24,000 bases of DNA. It comes from Parcubacteria group bacterium (lineage in GTDB: Bacteria; Patescibacteriota; Minisyncoccia; UBA6257; Colwellbacteraceae). The translations under genes and the position numbers were made by a program. This document shows positions 22,977 to 24,000 of the stretch, in pieces (position 1 is the first letter of the stretch; each line of letters starts with the position of its first letter). The notes under the pieces were generated by a model that did not search any database, was not told the origin of the DNA, and saw only the letters and a list, made by a program, of their open reading frames with translations. The stretch spans positions 7,617 through 31,616 of the forward strand of contig JBAZND010000003.1 in assembly GCA_041649415.1 (NCBI GenBank), read 5' to 3'.

Positions 22977-23672
22977 TTGAAGAACAAGAAAGCCTTTTTG
23001 GCCATTCTGATCGTGCTCGTCATGGTTTTCACCGTCGGCAGTATCGGCGTGGGCGCCAGCTATGTGGACTCGGGGAAGATCACCGGGAATTCATTTGAAG
23101 CCGGCTCGTTGGTCCTGCAGGTCGGGGAATCCGAATCTCTGCCTTTCGCTCTGTCGAATATCAAACCGGGCGATAACGGCGTAGGCGTCGTCACGCTGAC
23201 GAATACCGGCAGCATCGCCGGTAAGCTGTCTATGGACTGGACAAAAACGATTGACGATGAAAACGGCATCCTCGCTCCCGAAGCTAAACAATATCCTAGA
23301 CCCCTTGGCGGCCCCGGGCTGACAACGGGGGACTATGAAGGCAACGGCGGAGAATTGGATATTTTTCTGCAGTTTGCGCCGTATGTCGATCTGAACAGCA
23401 ATAGGGTATTTGACTCCGGAGATATTCAACTCGCCTATAATGGCCAGTTCACCGCCTATCCGGGCTATCGAAGCGGCAACCTGTATTGGTCCGGCCTGAA
23501 TTCCTATGGAGCTCGCTGGACAGACATAAAGATCCTCGCTGCGGGCGCGTCCGTCGATATCGTCATACCTTGGCGGTTCCCGACGGAAACGACGGACAAT
23601 AACTACCATCAAAATATGTCGATGACCGACAGCCTCGGCTTCGACGCGGAGTTCGTTCTCGCGCAGCCCTGA
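22977..23672 (+). CDS. Secreted TasA/camelysin (peptidase M73)-like protein
   Basis: The TTG start at 22977 lies 8 nt after GAGGAGGA. The signal peptide is KNKKAFLAILIVLVMVFTVGSIGVGA. SYVDSGKITGNSFEAGSLVLQV, LSNIKPGDNG, LTNTGSIAGKL and the C-terminal FDAEFVLAQ match TasA-family N- and C-terminal motifs. Confidence 0.7.
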   Translation: MKNKKAFLAILIVLVMVFTVGSIGVGASYVDSGKITGNSFEAGSLVLQVGESESLPFALSNIKPGDNGVGVVTLTNTGSIAGKLSMDWTKTIDDENGILAPEAKQYPRPLGGPGLTTGDYEGNGGELDIFLQFAPYVDLNSNRVFDSGDIQLAYNGQFTAYPGYRSGNLYWSGLNSYGARWTDIKILAAGASVDIVIPWRFPTETTDNNYHQNMSMTDSLGFDAEFVLAQP

Positions 23673-23720
23673 TTCAAGGCCCCGGCAACTGATAAGACTT
23701 CTTCTTACCGCCTTCCCAAG

Positions 23721-23747
23721 ACCCCTCCTTCACAAAGAGGGGTTTTT
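23721..23747 (+). terminator. Rho-independent terminator
   Basis: ACCCCTC / GAGGGGT stem with a 9-nt loop, followed by TTTTT. Confidence 0.8.
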
Positions 23748-23762
23748 CATAATTTATACTTG

Positions 23763-23884
23763 TTGACAGACATCTAAATATATATTACCCTTCCCGCTGG
23801 TTTGCTGGTTATTTAATAATGCAAATACGGGAGAAGAAGAAAATTTTGTCCTATAAAACAATACTTAAGAGGAGGAATAATATC
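23763..23884 (+). promoter_or_regulatory. Conserved promoter/leader module L2 upstream of TasA-like gene 3
   Basis: A paralogous copy of 22863-22976, starting exactly 900 nt downstream of L1. AGAGGAGGAA is followed by the TTG start at 23885. Confidence 0.5.
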
Positions 23885-24000
23885 TTGAAGAACGGCAAAA
23901 AGATCCTATTCGCCGGCCTACTCGCCGCCATAGTGATTATCGGGAGCATCGGCACGGCTGCAAGCTTCAGTGACATCGGCACCTCCATCGGCAACTATTT
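23885..24000 (+). CDS. Secreted TasA/camelysin-like protein, 5' fragment (continues beyond the window)
   Basis: The TTG start follows GAGGAGGA. The sequence KNGKKILFAGLLAAIVIIGSIGTAASFSDIGTSIGNY has the signal peptide and the A-SFSD...GN motif typical of the family. Confidence 0.6.
   Translation, partial: MKNGKKILFAGLLAAIVIIGSIGTAASFSDIGTSIGNY

Noticed and set aside
1-24000. CRISPR arrays, rRNA genes, RNase P RNA and SRP RNA.
   Set aside because: I found no regularly spaced short repeats. The rRNA signatures, the RNase P P4 motif (GAGGAAAGTCC) and the SRP domain IV motif were not seen on visual scanning of either strand of the intergenic regions.

Overview
The gene content and compact layout suggest a small-genome, CPR/Patescibacteria-like bacterium; this assignment is inference only. 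Positions 1-7927 form a conserved housekeeping block on the + strand, except pth on the - strand. It encodes a fused PilM/PilN-like pilus assembly protein (5' partial), pth, lepB, hisS, a HIT protein, rpsU, a YqeY-domain protein, ybeY, ftsA and ftsZ. From about 8000 onward the window is a compositional and functional mosaic. A stand-alone small Cys-rich protein is followed by tRNA-Asn(GUU). Next come nine genes, eight of which act on nucleotides or phosphoanhydrides: a histidine phosphatase-like protein, a zinc deaminase, two NUDIX proteins, a CYTH protein, a HIT-like protein, a P-loop NTPase and an NDK-like protein. The AT-rich four-gene minus-strand cassette (11949-14377) is bracketed by about 50-bp imperfect direct repeats. 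After it come an isolated GC-rich gene of unknown function, a polytopic membrane protein ending in a HAMP domain, a P2-type cation ATPase and TspO. A second copy of the small Cys-rich protein then heads a cell-surface locus. That locus holds a membrane-anchored C39-like cysteine peptidase and at least three tandem TasA/camelysin-like secreted proteins, two of which share a duplicated leader and a TTG start. Two repeat families, several strong intrinsic terminators and a recurrent -10 box at a fixed short distance from ATG (leaderless geometry) are visible in the unusually long intergenic regions. I found no rRNA, CRISPR array, integrase or transposase. All family assignments come from motif recognition by eye and were not checked by any database search.
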